Assembly (NCBI GenBank): GCA_963749525.1
Contig: CAVVNC010000004.1
Coordinates: 7,046-71,045 of the forward strand
Source: an uncultured delta proteobacterium
Lineage (GTDB): Bacteria > Desulfobacterota > Syntrophorhabdia > Syntrophorhabdales > WCHB1-27
Direction of reading: 5' to 3'
DNA length: 64,000 nucleotides
Part shown: positions 35,306 through 47,609 of the stretch, piece after piece
How the letters are laid out: each line of letters opens with the position of its first letter
How positions within the stretch are numbered: the stretch's first letter is position 1
Notes under the pieces: model-generated
Databases searched by the model: none
Told to the model about the DNA's origin: nothing
What the model saw: the letters and a program-made list of their open reading frames with translations, nothing else
Translations under genes and position numbers: made by a program

Positions 35306-36166
35306 ATGGCGACCCTGCGCGAAGTCAGGAGAAAAATCGGGAGCATCAGGAGCACGCAGACGATCACGAGGACCATGAGAATGATCTCGGCCTCGAAGCT
35401 CAAGCGTGCCCAGGACGAGCTGGAGAGAGTGAACGGCTACGCGCAGCGTATGGAGGGGCTCCTCAAGAGAATGGCGAGCCGCATACCTGAGAACGCGAGC
35501 CCCCTACTTTCCGAGCGGGAAGAGATAAAGAGGGTCCTTCTCTTTCCCATCGCCTCCGACCGGGGTCTCTCCGGTGCCTTCAACATTAACGTAGCAGGGG
35601 CGGCGGAGAGGTTCATTCAGGAAAACAGGACAAAGTACGAGAGCATCGGCGTCTATCTCGTGGGTAAGAAGATCAGGGACTATCTGAGGCGGCGCGGAAT
35701 CAAGACGGCTAAGGAATGGGTCGATATAAAGATTATCGGGCCACAGATCGCGGGCGAGATGGCGACCGACCTCACCGGACTCTATCTTGCCGGCGACGTC
35801 GACAAGGTCTATCTCATCTACACGCACTTTCAGTCGGCCCTCAAGCAGGAAGTGAGGTTCGAGGAGTTCCTGCCCCTGAAGGCGCCCCTTGCCGAAGAGA
35901 CTGTCGATTACCTCTACGAGCCGGACGTCCAGTCGATCGTGGACAGTTTCATCCCTCATTACATCCTTACGAAGATCTATTACGCCCTCGTCGAGTCACA
36001 GACATCTGAACACGCGGCCCGAATGGCGGCCATGGAGAACGCGACGATCAATTGCGGTGAGATGATCGATTATCTCACCCTCGTCTACAATAAGACACGG
36101 CAGCAGAGCATCACGAACGAGATGATGGATATCGTGGGTGGTGTGGAAGCGTTGCAGAGCACGTAA
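35306..36166 (+). CDS. atpG: F0F1 ATP synthase subunit gamma
   Basis: 286 aa. MATLREVRRKIGSIRSTQTITRTMRMISASKL N-terminus and ITNEMMDIVGG C-terminus. Confidence 0.95.
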   Translation: MATLREVRRKIGSIRSTQTITRTMRMISASKLKRAQDELERVNGYAQRMEGLLKRMASRIPENASPLLSEREEIKRVLLFPIASDRGLSGAFNINVAGAAERFIQENRTKYESIGVYLVGKKIRDYLRRRGIKTAKEWVDIKIIGPQIAGEMATDLTGLYLAGDVDKVYLIYTHFQSALKQEVRFEEFLPLKAPLAEETVDYLYEPDVQSIVDSFIPHYILTKIYYALVESQTSEHAARMAAMENATINCGEMIDYLTLVYNKTRQQSITNEMMDIVGGVEALQST

Positions 36167-37597
<1,431 letters not shown>

Positions 37598-37598
37598 C

Positions 37599-38009
37599 GT
37601 GGAGAGGCTCTGGGTAGACATAGCCACGCCCGAGAGGGTGATGCTGGACGAAGAGGTGGACATGATCGAGGCCCCCGGCGCCTCCGGGGAGTTCGGCGTG
37701 CTCCCGGGCCACGTGGCGTTCCTAACGACGCTCCGTCACGGGGAGATTCGCCTGCTGACGCAAGGGAAGGCACGCTTCATCGCCACGAGCGGTGGCTTTG
37801 CCGAGGTCGTGGACGACAAGGTTACGCTCTTGCTCGACACCGCGGAGTTCTCAGAGGAGATAGACCTCGACCGGGCGCACAAGGCAAGGGAGCGGGCTGA
37901 ATCCGCCCTCAAGGGGCTTGCCTTCGAGCACGCCGAGTATCAGACGTTTGAGGCGGCCCTGCTCCGGGCGATAACGAGGATCTCGACGGCGGCCAGGAGC
38001 GAGAAGTGA
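37599..38009 (+). CDS. atpC: F0F1 ATP synthase subunit epsilon
   Basis: 136 aa, GTG start one nt after the atpD stop. Beta-sandwich plus helical hairpin pattern. Confidence 0.9.
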   Translation: MERLWVDIATPERVMLDEEVDMIEAPGASGEFGVLPGHVAFLTTLRHGEIRLLTQGKARFIATSGGFAEVVDDKVTLLLDTAEFSEEIDLDRAHKARERAESALKGLAFEHAEYQTFEAALLRAITRISTAARSEK

Positions 38010-38704
38010 TCTTTGCCGTAGACGAGCGCCTTTTCGAGGTCTTCCCCGACCTGCGGATAGGTGTTCTCGTGTGCAGGGTGGACAACACGAGGTACGGCGA
38101 GGACATGCTGGAGCCTGCCCTTGCGGATATCCGCACGGGATTCGGCTATGAGAAGCCCCAGAACCACCCCAACATAAAGGCATGGCGGCAAGCCTTTAAC
38201 AAGCTCGGAATCTCCGCTGCCAAGTATCAGAGCTCAATAGAGTCACTGGTGAGAAGGGCCCTCAAGGGAGGCGCTTTCCCGAGGGTGAACCCCCTGGTGG
38301 ACCTGTACAACGCGATCTCTCTCGAATTCCTCGTGCCCATGGGAGGTCACGATCTGGCCCCCCTGGACGGCGACATTTTTCTCGGATTCGCCGATGGCAA
38401 CGAACCCTTTACGCCCATGGAAGGCGGCGAGGATGAGGCAGCGGAAAAAGGGGAAGTGGTGTATAAGGATGAGAGATCCGTGCTCACGCGCCGATGGGTC
38501 TGGAGACAGTCGAACAAGGATAAGGTAACGGCCAAAACAAGCTCCGTCTTCATGCCGATAGACGTGATGGAGGGTCTTCCCCGGACCCTTACGGAAGACA
38601 TGATGGAGAGGGTCAGCGGCTATCTCCGGGAGAATAGGAGCGGAGAGGTCGTTTACCGGGATATCCTTACCAGAGAGAAGCGCTCCGCCAACTTCGTCGT
38701 CTAG
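38006..38704 (+). CDS. B3/B4 tRNA-binding-domain protein (stand-alone PheT B3/4-like)
   Basis: 232 aa. The family call rests on the pattern ...NIKAWRQAFNKLGISAAKYQSSIESLVRR...VNPLVDLYNAISLEFLVPMGGHDL. The GTG start overlaps the atpC stop (GTGA). Confidence 0.65.
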   Translation: MIFAVDERLFEVFPDLRIGVLVCRVDNTRYGEDMLEPALADIRTGFGYEKPQNHPNIKAWRQAFNKLGISAAKYQSSIESLVRRALKGGAFPRVNPLVDLYNAISLEFLVPMGGHDLAPLDGDIFLGFADGNEPFTPMEGGEDEAAEKGEVVYKDERSVLTRRWVWRQSNKDKVTAKTSSVFMPIDVMEGLPRTLTEDMMERVSGYLRENRSGEVVYRDILTREKRSANFVV

Positions 38705-38821
38705 CCGGTCGTTCTTCTCATGGACTGATAGTTCTGGGGCCTTCATCCTTGCATTGGCCAGGGCACGTGAGAGAAAGCGTTTTCCGGCGATTGCCTTCCA
38801 AAATTCGACAAGAGAAAAGGA

Positions 38822-38849
38822 TTGACAGATCGCAGTCGGCCTAGTTAAT
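38822..38849 (+). promoter_or_regulatory. possible promoter for hppA
   Basis: TTGACA, 16 nt, GTTAAT. The -10 is weak. Confidence 0.35.
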
Positions 38850-38960
38850 GTATTCCGCATGTGAATTTTTTTATTATCGCCGAACCTGGTTCCGGCGGGT
38901 TTTCACCTATCATGAAAGGATGAAGTTCCGGAGAAAAAATTTTAGGTAAGGAGGTTGGAA

Positions 38961-41410
38961 ATGGGGTCTTTTAAGAAATCCAAAGTGCTGACCGCTCTAT
39001 CCGTGCTCGGTTTCCTGCTGGTCGTGGCTGCCACGCCTGTCCTCGCGGGTGAAGCGGACATCGTGCTGCCCGATCTCAGCAACATCAGCTTCAACGTGCT
39101 CGGCAGTGCGTTGAACGGCATCCACATCATGTATTTCGGTCTTCTCGTATGTATCCTAGGGCTGTTCTTCAGCCTTATCCAGTCGAACCAGACGAAGAAC
39201 CTGCCGGCGCACAAGTCGATGCTCAACGTGTCCGACATCATCTGGGAGACCTGTAAATCCTACCTGGCTCAGCAGGGCAAATTCCTTGTTGTCCTCTGGA
39301 TTCTCATCGCCATCTGTATGACCTACTACTTCGGAGGGCTGCAGCACGCGCCCTTCTCCAGCATCGTCATAATTCTTCTCTGTTCGGTCGTTGGAATCCT
39401 GGGCTCCTACGGCGTGGCGTGGTTCGGCATGAGGATCAACACGCGCGCCAATTCGCGGACGGCCTTCGCCTCCCTCAAGGGCAGACCGATTGAGGTAGTC
39501 ACTATCCCCCTCAGGTCGGGCATGAGCGTCGGCCTTCTCCTCGTGAGCGTCGAGTTGTTCTTCATGATCTGTATCCTGGTCTTCCTCAAGGAGCTCGCGG
39601 GCCCTTGCTTCATCGGCTTTGCCATAGGTGAATCTCTCGGCGCAAGCGCCCTGAGGATCTGCGGCGGCATCTTCACCAAGATCGCGGACATCGGCTCCGA
39701 CCTCATGAAGATCGTCTTCCATCTTCCTGAAGACGACCCGAAGAACCCCGGCGTTATCGCCGACTGTACCGGTGACAACGCGGGCGACAGCGTCGGTCCG
39801 ACGGCGGACGGCTTCGAAACGTACGGAGTGACGGGCGTCGCTCTCATCACCTTCCTGGCTTTTGCCCTCGCGGGCAACCCAGTTATGGGCGGGACCCTCG
39901 TCATCTGGATCTTCGCCATGCGCATCCTCATGATCCTCACCTCCGCTGTCTCCTATTTCATAAACTCCGGCATCACGAATGCCGTGTTCGCCGACAAGAA
40001 GAAATTCAGCTTCGAGCAGCCCCTCACCAACCTGGTCTGGATCACCTCCGCAATCTCGATCATCGTGACCTTCATTGCGAGCTATCTGCTCCTCGGCTCG
40101 CTACCCGATCCGAAGTATGCATCCCTCTGGTGGGCGCTTGCCATCATCATCAGTTGCGGTACGGTTGCGGGTGCGCTCATCCCTGAGTTCACCAAGGTAT
40201 TCACGAGCACGCATTCGCGCCACGTCAAGGAGGTCGTCGCATCGGCCCGTCAGGGAGGGGCATCGCTCGACATCCTCTCCGGCTTCGTGGCCGGCAACTT
40301 CTCCGCCTTCTGGGAGGGCCTCACCATCCTCGTGCTCATGTTCATCGCCTACCTCGTCTCCACGAACGCGGCGATCATAGCCCTGATGCCCGCCGAGTAT
40401 GCTTTTGCCGCGCCCGTCTTTGCCTTCGGTCTCGTGGCCTTCGGCTTCCTCGGCATGGGCCCGGTGACCATCGCGGTCGACAGCTTCGGCCCTGTCTCCG
40501 ACAACGCCCAGTCCGTGTACGAGCTTTCCCAGATAGAGAGCGTTCCCAACGTGAAGGCCGAGATAAAGAAGCAGTTCGGGTTCGACCCTGATTTCGAGAA
40601 CGGCAAGGACTACCTCGAAGAGGCGGACGGCGCGGGCAACACCTTCAAGGCCACGGCTAAGCCGGTGCTCATCGGCACCGCGGTCGTCGGTGCCACGACC
40701 ATGGTCTTCAGCATCGTCATCCTCCTCGACAAGATGTTTCACGGTGTCGTGGCGAAGCTCTCGCTCATCCAGCCTGAGATCATCCTCGGCCTGCTCATGG
40801 GCGGGGCCGTCATATACTGGTTCACGGGCGCTGCCACTCAGGCAGTCGTCACCGGCGCGTACAGGGCGGTAGTCTATATCAAGGAAAACATCAAGCTCGA
40901 CAGCAAACCGCTTCCATCAAGGACAGCAAGGAAGTGGTGAAGATCTGCACCCAGTACGCCCAGAAGGGCATGATCAACATCTTCATAGTAGTTTTCTTTT
41001 TGGCCCTCTCCCTTGCCTTCTTCAACCCCTACTTCTTCATCGGATACCTCATCGCCATCGCCTTCTTCGGCCTTTTCCAGGCCATCTTCATGGCGAACGC
41101 CGGCGGTGCGTGGGACAACGCGAAGAAAATCGTAGAGGTCGATCTGAAGGAGAAGAATACGCCCCTCCACGAGGCGACCGTCGTCGGCGACACGGTTGGC
41201 GACCCCTTCAAGGATACCTCATCGGTCTCCATGAACCCGGTGATCAAGTTCACGACGCTCTTCGGGCTGCTTGCCACGGAGATCGCGGTCACCATGCAGT
41301 CCCAGACTTTGAAGACTTCGATCGCCATTGTTTTCTTCATCGTCGCCCTTGTCTTCATCTACCGGTCCTTCTACGGCATGAGGATAGGAGAGACCAAGAT
41401 AAGCTCTTAA
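38961..41410 (+). CDS. hppA: membrane-bound proton-translocating pyrophosphatase, frame broken by a 1-nt gap
   Basis: ATG 38961 follows AAGGAGG. Multi-TM with DCTGDNAGD and DSFGPVSDNAQ motifs. The frame is lost at AAA 40905-07. The other frame (ORF 40934..41410) continues ASIKDSKEVVKICTQYAQKGM...AGGAWDNAKK...GDTVGDPFKDTS, the conserved C-terminus. One extra A restores ...KLDSKTASIKD. Confidence 0.9.
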
Positions 41411-41451
41411 ACCGCGCAAGGAACGTTTTAGCCCGCCCGCGAAAGAAGAGA

Positions 41452-41492
41452 AGAGGGCGCCCGAAAACCTGTCGGGCGCCCTCTTTCGCTTT
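41452..41492 (+). terminator. intrinsic terminator after hppA
   Basis: Perfect 13-bp stem AGAGGGCGCCCGA / TCGGGCGCCCTCT with a 7-nt loop, followed by TTCGCTTT. Confidence 0.75.
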
Positions 41493-41519
41493 GACATCGG
41501 CCATTTTTTGCGATACATT
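41491..41519 (+). promoter_or_regulatory. sigma70-like promoter ahead of a structured region of about 190 nt and lpxK
   Basis: TTGACA, 17 nt, TACATT, immediately after the hppA terminator. Confidence 0.55.
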
Positions 41520-41713
41520 GATGCAGTTGAGCTATCAGTTGTGCGGCTTTCGCGTTGTCCCTGCTCTCGGACGCTCACGTACCTGGCCGCCACCGGGTGT
41601 GGGCCTTTTGGGTCCTTTCCGACCTCCAGCCTGTGCCTTGAGTGAGCGATTCTACCACTCTTAAGCGGCCGATCGATCACCAGTGGTTGCCGGACAACGG
41701 ACAATTGGTCATT

Positions 41714-42755
41714 ATGCGAAGGATCATGGTCAGGGTATGGAACGGGGAGGCCCCTCTATTGAGAGGGCTTCTTTTTCCCGCCCTGTGGGTCCTGGCCGCC
41801 CTTTACGGGGCCGCGCTTAAGATTCGAGAGGGCCTCTACCGGAACGGGCTGATGAGGACCGAGCAGCCGGCAATCCCCGTCATAAGCGTGGGGAACATAT
41901 CGCTCGGGGGAACGGGCAAGACCACAGTGGTCGCGATGCTTTCGGAAGAACTGAAACGAAGGGGTTACAAGCCGGCAATCATCATGAGGGGATACAAGAA
42001 GAAGAGGGGGGGTACCTTTGCCGTGGACCCCGAGAGGGATAGTGCAAGAGAGGCCGGCGACGAAGCGACGATGCTCGCGAGGAGGACGAAGCTTCCCGGT
42101 GGTGGTGGGGAAGCGAAGGGGCGACGGGATCAGAAAGGCTGTTCAGGAGTTCGGCATAGACATAGCGGTTTTCGATGACGGATACCAGGTACGGGATGTG
42201 GAGAAGAAGGTGGAGGTGCTCGTGCTGAATAGTCAGGAGAGGCCCGAGTCCATGCGCCTCTTTCCCCTCGGTTTCCTGCGGGAGCCTCTCACGATGGCGA
42301 AGAGGGCCGACATAGTGTTGATCAGCAAGGGGGATCCAGGGGACCGGATGCGCGGCCTCGCGCCCGGGACTCCCGCTTTCCGCGTCCGATACCGGCCCCT
42401 CCACCTCTACAACCTGAAGAGGGGGGCAATGACCGATTACCGGTATGTGAGCGGCAAGAAGGTCCTCGCTTTCTCGGGTCTCGGGGACAACGGCTCTTTT
42501 TTTGCGCTCCTTAAGGAGATCGGGGCGGACGTGGTGAGGACCGTGGAATTCCCCGACCACTATCAATACGAAGAATCGGACCTGAGGCGAATGGAGTCAT
42601 ACGCCGACGTGGACCTGCTGGTGACCACGGAAAAGGATGCCATAAAGATGGATCGTATGGACGTAAGCGACAGCCTTTTTTATCTTTCCATAGAGGCACA
42701 GATAGAGGATGAAGAAAAGTTCATCGATCTGGCCTTGAGCAAAGCGAGGGCGTGA
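41714..42755 (+). CDS. lpxK: tetraacyldisaccharide 4'-kinase, frame broken by 1 nt
   Basis: [19 protein letters not shown]-loop in the N-terminal piece. The frame is lost at CCC 42095-97. It continues [30 protein letters not shown] in ORF 42018..42755. The start at ATG 41714 is tentative. Confidence 0.85.
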
Positions 42756-42756
42756 G

Positions 42757-44298
42757 ATGAAAGAAAGGGTATTGATATTCGACACCACTTTGCGGGACGG
42801 CGAGCAGTCCCCGGGGAACACGATGAACTCGCAGGAGAAGCTTCGGGTCGCGAAACAGCTCGAGATCCTGGGGGTCGATATCATCGAGGCGGGCTTTCCC
42901 ATCGCCTCGGATGGGGACTTCGAATCGGTGAAGCAGATCGCCGAAGCGGTGAAGGGAAGTGAGGTAGCCGGCCTCGCGAGGGCGAACTTCGCTGACATCG
43001 ATAGGGCCTGGGAGGCCGTGAAGGGTGCGGTAAAACCCCGCATCCATACGTTCATCTCCACTTCGGACATACACCTGAAGTATCAGCTCCGCAAGAGCCG
43101 CGACGAGGTGCTGAAAATCGCCGAAGAGTCGGTGAAGAGGGCAGTCGGCTATACGTCCAACGTGGAGTTTTCCGCCATGGACGCGACGAGAAGCGATCGG
43201 GATTACCTCTGTGCGGTCCTGGCGGCCGCCATCGAGGCCGGCGCGACCACCATCAACGTCCCGGATACGGTGGGCTATGCGGTGCCGGATGAATTCGGCA
43301 AGCTCATCCGCTACATTCTGGAGCATGTTCCGAACATCTCGCGGACGATCGTGAGCGTCCACTGCCACAACGACCTGGGCCTCGCCGTTGCCAATTCCAT
43401 CGCGGCCGTGAGGGCCGGGGCCAGACAGGTGGAATGCACCATCAACGGCATCGGCGAACGATCGGGCAACGCGGCCCTTGAAGAGATAGTGATGATCTTG
43501 AGGACGCGAAAGGACGTCTTCCAGGCTGACACGAGGGTCGTGACCGAGAAGATATACCCCACGAGCAGGCTCATCACGTCGGTGACCGGGGCGCCTGTTC
43601 AGCCGAACAAGGCGATAGTCGGAACGAACGCCTTTGCCCATGAGTCCGGCATTCATCAGGACGGGCTGCTCAAGGCCAAGGCGACTTACGAGATCATGAC
43701 CCCGGAGTCGGTGGGCATTCCGAAAAGCTCTCTCATCCTGGGAAAGCATTCAGGCAGGCACGCCTTCCGGGAGAGGATAGACAATCTCGGCTACACCCTC
43801 GACGACAAGGAGCTGAATCTTGCCTTCAAGAGGTTCAAGACCCTGGCCGACATGAAGAAGGACGTCTACGATGAGGACATAGAGATGATCATCATGGACG
43901 AGGTAGTTCGCGTGCCGGAGAAGTACAGGATGGCTTACTTGAGCGTCGTCTGCGGAAACATGGCAATTCCGACTGCGACCGTGAAGATCGAGATCGACGG
44001 TCATGCCTTTCAGGAGGCATGTTTCGGAGATGGACCGGTGGACGCGACGCTGAAGGCCATTCAGAAGATCATCAAGACGAAGAGCAAATTCGTCAAGTTC
44101 TATGTGAACGCCATCACCGGCGGAACCGACGCGCAGGGCGAGGTCTTCGTGAAGCTCGAGGAAGGCGGGTCGACCGTGATCGGGAAAGGCGCCGACACGG
44201 ATGTCATCGTCGCGTCGGGAAAGGCGTATATAAATGCCCTCAACAAGCTGGATTTTGTGAGGCGGCGGAAGGCAAAAGGGGGTGCAGAATGGGCATGA
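42757..44298 (+). CDS. leuA: 2-isopropylmalate synthase
   Basis: 513 aa. [27 protein letters not shown] and a C-terminal LeuA dimerisation/regulatory domain. A citramalate synthase specificity cannot be excluded. Confidence 0.88.
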   Translation: MKERVLIFDTTLRDGEQSPGNTMNSQEKLRVAKQLEILGVDIIEAGFPIASDGDFESVKQIAEAVKGSEVAGLARANFADIDRAWEAVKGAVKPRIHTFISTSDIHLKYQLRKSRDEVLKIAEESVKRAVGYTSNVEFSAMDATRSDRDYLCAVLAAAIEAGATTINVPDTVGYAVPDEFGKLIRYILEHVPNISRTIVSVHCHNDLGLAVANSIAAVRAGARQVECTINGIGERSGNAALEEIVMILRTRKDVFQADTRVVTEKIYPTSRLITSVTGAPVQPNKAIVGTNAFAHESGIHQDGLLKAKATYEIMTPESVGIPKSSLILGKHSGRHAFRERIDNLGYTLDDKELNLAFKRFKTLADMKKDVYDEDIEMIIMDEVVRVPEKYRMAYLSVVCGNMAIPTATVKIEIDGHAFQEACFGDGPVDATLKAIQKIIKTKSKFVKFYVNAITGGTDAQGEVFVKLEEGGSTVIGKGADTDVIVASGKAYINALNKLDFVRRRKAKGGAEWA

Positions 44299-45551
44299 CC
44301 ATGACGGAAAAGATACTGGCTGCGCACGCGGGGAAGGAGCGCGTCGAGCCGGGAGAGATCATCGAGGCGAGGCTGGATCTCACTCTGGCCAACGACATCA
44401 CCGCCCCTCTCTCCCTGGAGGAATTCGAAAAGGCGGGTGCCAAGGCCGTATTCGATCCCGAACGGGTGGTCCTTGTCCTCGACCATTTTACTCCGAACAA
44501 GGACATCCTCTCTGCCGAGAACTGCAAGACCATACGGGCCTTTGCGGCGAAGTACGGCATCACGAACTTCTACGAGGGCGGCGCCTGCGGCATCGAGCAC
44601 GCCCTTCTGCCGGAGCAAGGTCTGGTGGTGCCCGGAGACCTGGTGATAGGGGCGGACAGCCACACGTGCACGTACGGGGCCTTGGGGGCCTTCTCGACCG
44701 GCGTGGGCAGCACGGACCTCACCTATGGCATGATCATGGGGTCCCTCTGGTTCAAGGTGCCGGAGAGCATCAAGTTCGTCTGCACCGGGAAATGGCGCCG
44801 TTGGGTCACGGGAAAGGACCTGATCCTTCATATCATCGGGCTGATAGGCGTGGAAGGGGCTCGCTACGAGGCGATGGAGTTCGCGGGGGACGCCATAGAG
44901 GCGCTCTCCATGGACTCGAGGTTCTCCATCGCGAACATGGCCATTGAGGCGGGAGCAAAGAACGGCATATTCAAGGTGGACGCTAGAACGCTCGACTACA
45001 TCGCGGGCCGTGGAAAGAGGCCGCACAAGGTCTTTGAGAGCGATCCGGACGCCCATTACCGGAAGGTTATCGAGATCGACGTGAGCGACCTCGGGCCCCA
45101 AGTGGCCCTCCCCTTTCTCCCTTCCAACGTGAAGGCGGTGGAGGAAGTGAAAGGCGTCGCCATTGACCAGGCCGTGATCGGGTCGTGCACGAACGGCAGG
45201 CTCGAGGACCTGGAGATGGCCGCGGAGGTCCTCCGGGGGAAGAAGGTTGCCAAGGGCGTGAGGTGCATCATCATCCCCGCCACGCCGGACATCTACCATA
45301 CGGCTCTGACGCGGGGCTATTTCGAGACCTACCTCGACGCAGGCTGCATCATCTCGCCCCCCACGTGCGGCCCCTGTCTTGGCGGCCATATGGGCGTGCT
45401 CGCGCGGGGCGAGCGGGCCGTGTCGACCACGAACAGGAATTTCGTGGGAAGAATGGGGCACCCTGAAAGTGAGGTCTACCTCGCCGGCGCAGCTGTCGCG
45501 GCCGCGAGCGCAATAAAAGGGGAGATCGCCCTTCCCGCGGAGGTGCTCTGA
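44289..45551 (+). CDS. leuC: 3-isopropylmalate dehydratase large subunit
   Basis: ORF 44019..45551 trimmed to [13 protein letters not shown] (ATG 44289; 44295 is also possible, giving an ATGA overlap with leuA). Aconitase-family Cys ligands (GSCTNG, CGPCLG). Confidence 0.92.
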   Translation: MGMTMTEKILAAHAGKERVEPGEIIEARLDLTLANDITAPLSLEEFEKAGAKAVFDPERVVLVLDHFTPNKDILSAENCKTIRAFAAKYGITNFYEGGACGIEHALLPEQGLVVPGDLVIGADSHTCTYGALGAFSTGVGSTDLTYGMIMGSLWFKVPESIKFVCTGKWRRWVTGKDLILHIIGLIGVEGARYEAMEFAGDAIEALSMDSRFSIANMAIEAGAKNGIFKVDARTLDYIAGRGKRPHKVFESDPDAHYRKVIEIDVSDLGPQVALPFLPSNVKAVEEVKGVAIDQAVIGSCTNGRLEDLEMAAEVLRGKKVAKGVRCIIIPATPDIYHTALTRGYFETYLDAGCIISPPTCGPCLGGHMGVLARGERAVSTTNRNFVGRMGHPESEVYLAGAAVAAASAIKGEIALPAEVL

Positions 45552-46039
45552 TGGCAAGAGGGAGAGTCTGGAAGTTCGGCGACAACATCGATACGGATAT
45601 CATCATCCCTGCCCGCTATCTGGCCCTCACAGACCCCGCGGCCCTCGGGCAGCACTGCATGGAGCCCCTGGTGCCCGACTTTGCCGCAAAGGCACAGAAG
45701 GGGGACATTATCGTCGGAGGCACCAACTTCGGGTGCGGCTCCTCGAGGGAGCACGCCCCCTTGGCCATAACGGCCCTTGGCATATCCGTGGTCATAGCGA
45801 AGAGCTTCGCCCGGATATTCTATAGGAACGCATTCAACAAGGGACTTGCGCTCCTCGAGGCCGACGTGTACGACCTCGTCCAGGAAGGGGAGATCGTGGA
45901 GACGGATCTCTCTTCGGGCCTTATCAAAGCCGGGGGCAGGGAAGTCAAAGCAAAGCCAATTCCTCCTTTCATGCTGGAGCTGATCCGCGAAGGGGGATTG
46001 ATCAATCATCTGAGAAAAGTACTGGGAGAAAGAACATGA
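45551..46039 (+). CDS. leuD: 3-isopropylmalate dehydratase small subunit
   Basis: 162 aa short-type LeuD with the GCGSSREHA motif. Confidence 0.92.
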   Translation: MARGRVWKFGDNIDTDIIIPARYLALTDPAALGQHCMEPLVPDFAAKAQKGDIIVGGTNFGCGSSREHAPLAITALGISVVIAKSFARIFYRNAFNKGLALLEADVYDLVQEGEIVETDLSSGLIKAGGREVKAKPIPPFMLELIREGGLINHLRKVLGERT

Positions 46040-47052
46040 AGTTATTCAACGTAGCCGTTGTCGGCGCGACCGGGGCCGTCGGGAACGAAATGATCGAAAT
46101 CCTCGAGCAGCGCAAATTCCCGGTGGGGAGCCTGAAGCTCCTCGCGTCCGAGAGGAGCTTCGGCCTGAGCCTCGGTTTCAAGGGGCACGACGTGGGGGTC
46201 GACGTGCTGAAAGAGGACTCCTTCAAAGGGGTGGACATAGGGCTCTTTTCACCTGGCGGTGCCGTGAGCCAGAAGTTCGCGCCCATCGCCGCGCAGAGCG
46301 GATGCGTCGTCATCGACAATACGAGTGCCTTTCGCATGGAGCCCGACGTGCCGCTCGTCGTGCCCGAGGTAAACGCTCACGCGGTCAAGGACTACAAGAA
46401 GAGGGGGATTATCGCCAATCCCAATTGCTCGACCATCCAGATGGTGGTGGCCCTCAAGCCGCTCCATGACGCGGCCCGCATCAAGAGAATAGTGGTCTCC
46501 ACCTATCAGGCGGTGTCGGGAACGGGCAAGAAGGCCATTGCCGAGCTCGAGGGCCAGGTGACTGCCATCTATGGGAACAGGGAGATCGTCCACAAGGTCT
46601 ATCCCCATCAGATCGCCTTCAACTGCCTGCCCCACATCGACGTCTTCCTCGAGAACGGGTACACGAAGGAGGAGATGAAGATGGTGAACGAGACGAGGAA
46701 GATCATGGAGGACGATACCATCTCGGTAACGGCGACCACGGTGAGGGTGCCCGTCTTCTACGGCCACTCCGAATCGGTCAACGTCGAATTCGAAAGAGAC
46801 CTGTCCCCGGACGAGGCCAGGAGCATTCTCTCCAAGGCCCCGGGGGTGGTGGTGGCAGATGATCCCGGCAAGGCCGTCTATCCTCTCGCGATCTACGCGG
46901 CGGGCAGGGATGAAACCTTCGTCGGGAGGATACGGAGGGACGAATCGATTGCCCACGGTCTCAACATGTGGATCGTATCCGACAACATCAGGAAAGGCGC
47001 GGCCCTGAACGCGGTGCAGATCGCGGAGGTACTGGCCGAAAAATACCTGTAG
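46036..47052 (+). CDS. asd: aspartate-semialdehyde dehydrogenase
   Basis: 338 aa. VVGATGAVG NAD(P) site and NPNCSTI active-site Cys. ATGA overlap with leuD. Confidence 0.95.
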   Translation: MKLFNVAVVGATGAVGNEMIEILEQRKFPVGSLKLLASERSFGLSLGFKGHDVGVDVLKEDSFKGVDIGLFSPGGAVSQKFAPIAAQSGCVVIDNTSAFRMEPDVPLVVPEVNAHAVKDYKKRGIIANPNCSTIQMVVALKPLHDAARIKRIVVSTYQAVSGTGKKAIAELEGQVTAIYGNREIVHKVYPHQIAFNCLPHIDVFLENGYTKEEMKMVNETRKIMEDDTISVTATTVRVPVFYGHSESVNVEFERDLSPDEARSILSKAPGVVVADDPGKAVYPLAIYAAGRDETFVGRIRRDESIAHGLNMWIVSDNIRKGAALNAVQIAEVLAEKYL

Positions 47053-47194
47053 CTGGTCCGCCTGAGGGGATCGCGATCTGTGGCGCCCTCTTCACCGCGC
47101 GACCTCAGGCGTACGCAAGTACAGCCTTCGGCCGGCGCGGTTCAGATGGCATCCACACCTCACGATCCCTCCAGGCGGACCGTCCAGGCTATTA

Positions 47195-47310
47195 TTGGGG
47201 CTCAGCGCCCCCTCCACAGGCATAAGCCTGCGGAGCCTCCCCCCTTTAGCCTCGCTTCGCTCGTGGGGCCGCCTGAGCCCATCAGCCGGCCGACCCGGTG
47301 ATGAAAAAGC
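47195..47310. repeat. GC-rich REP-like intergenic repeat, copy A
   Basis: Shares the 13-mer GCGCCCCCTCCAC (47205-17) with 58234-46. Shares CCCCTTTAGC...GCCGGC.GACC.GGTG..GAAAAG with copy C. Confidence 0.6.
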
Positions 47311-47609
47311 AATGGAAAGTACGCACAGCAACAAGGCAGCCGCCAAACGTCCGATTTCTTGCCAACAAAGGCCCAGACATCTCCGCCTGGGCCTTGCGGC
47401 AGTGTGGGGGATGGGGGGAGTGAGGGACGGAATGAGGAGCGATGCTTTTCTCTTTGCGAGGCAAGTCACGAGGAGGTAAGGACGGGACCGCCTGCCGGTA
47501 GGGGGGAAAATTCTCGTACGTTCCTTGAATCTCTGAACGTGCGCGACATTACAGGCTTGACATGACACTGGCGGGATTTCGTACAACAGAGCAACGACTA
47601 CCCCGCAGT

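Noticed and set aside
41660-41679. A run of back-to-back 6-bp palindromes (CTTAAG, CGGCCG, CGATCG, ATCGAT) resembling a cloning polylinker.
   Set aside because: Short, embedded in native-looking sequence, with no vector-like flanks. Most likely coincidence within a hairpin loop.
41520-41713. Assignment of the structured region to SRP (4.5S) RNA or 6S RNA.
   Set aside because: The GGUCGGAAAGGACC hairpin on the minus strand does not reproduce the conserved SRP domain IV sequence, and I cannot verify 6S hallmarks by eye. Left unassigned.
47092-47586. 164-aa minus-strand ORF, plus several plus-strand ORFs of 60-95 aa, in the asd-downstream gap.
   Set aside because: Low-complexity Arg/Pro-rich translation with no SD. 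They run through the REP-like repeats and are better explained as non-coding repeat sequence.
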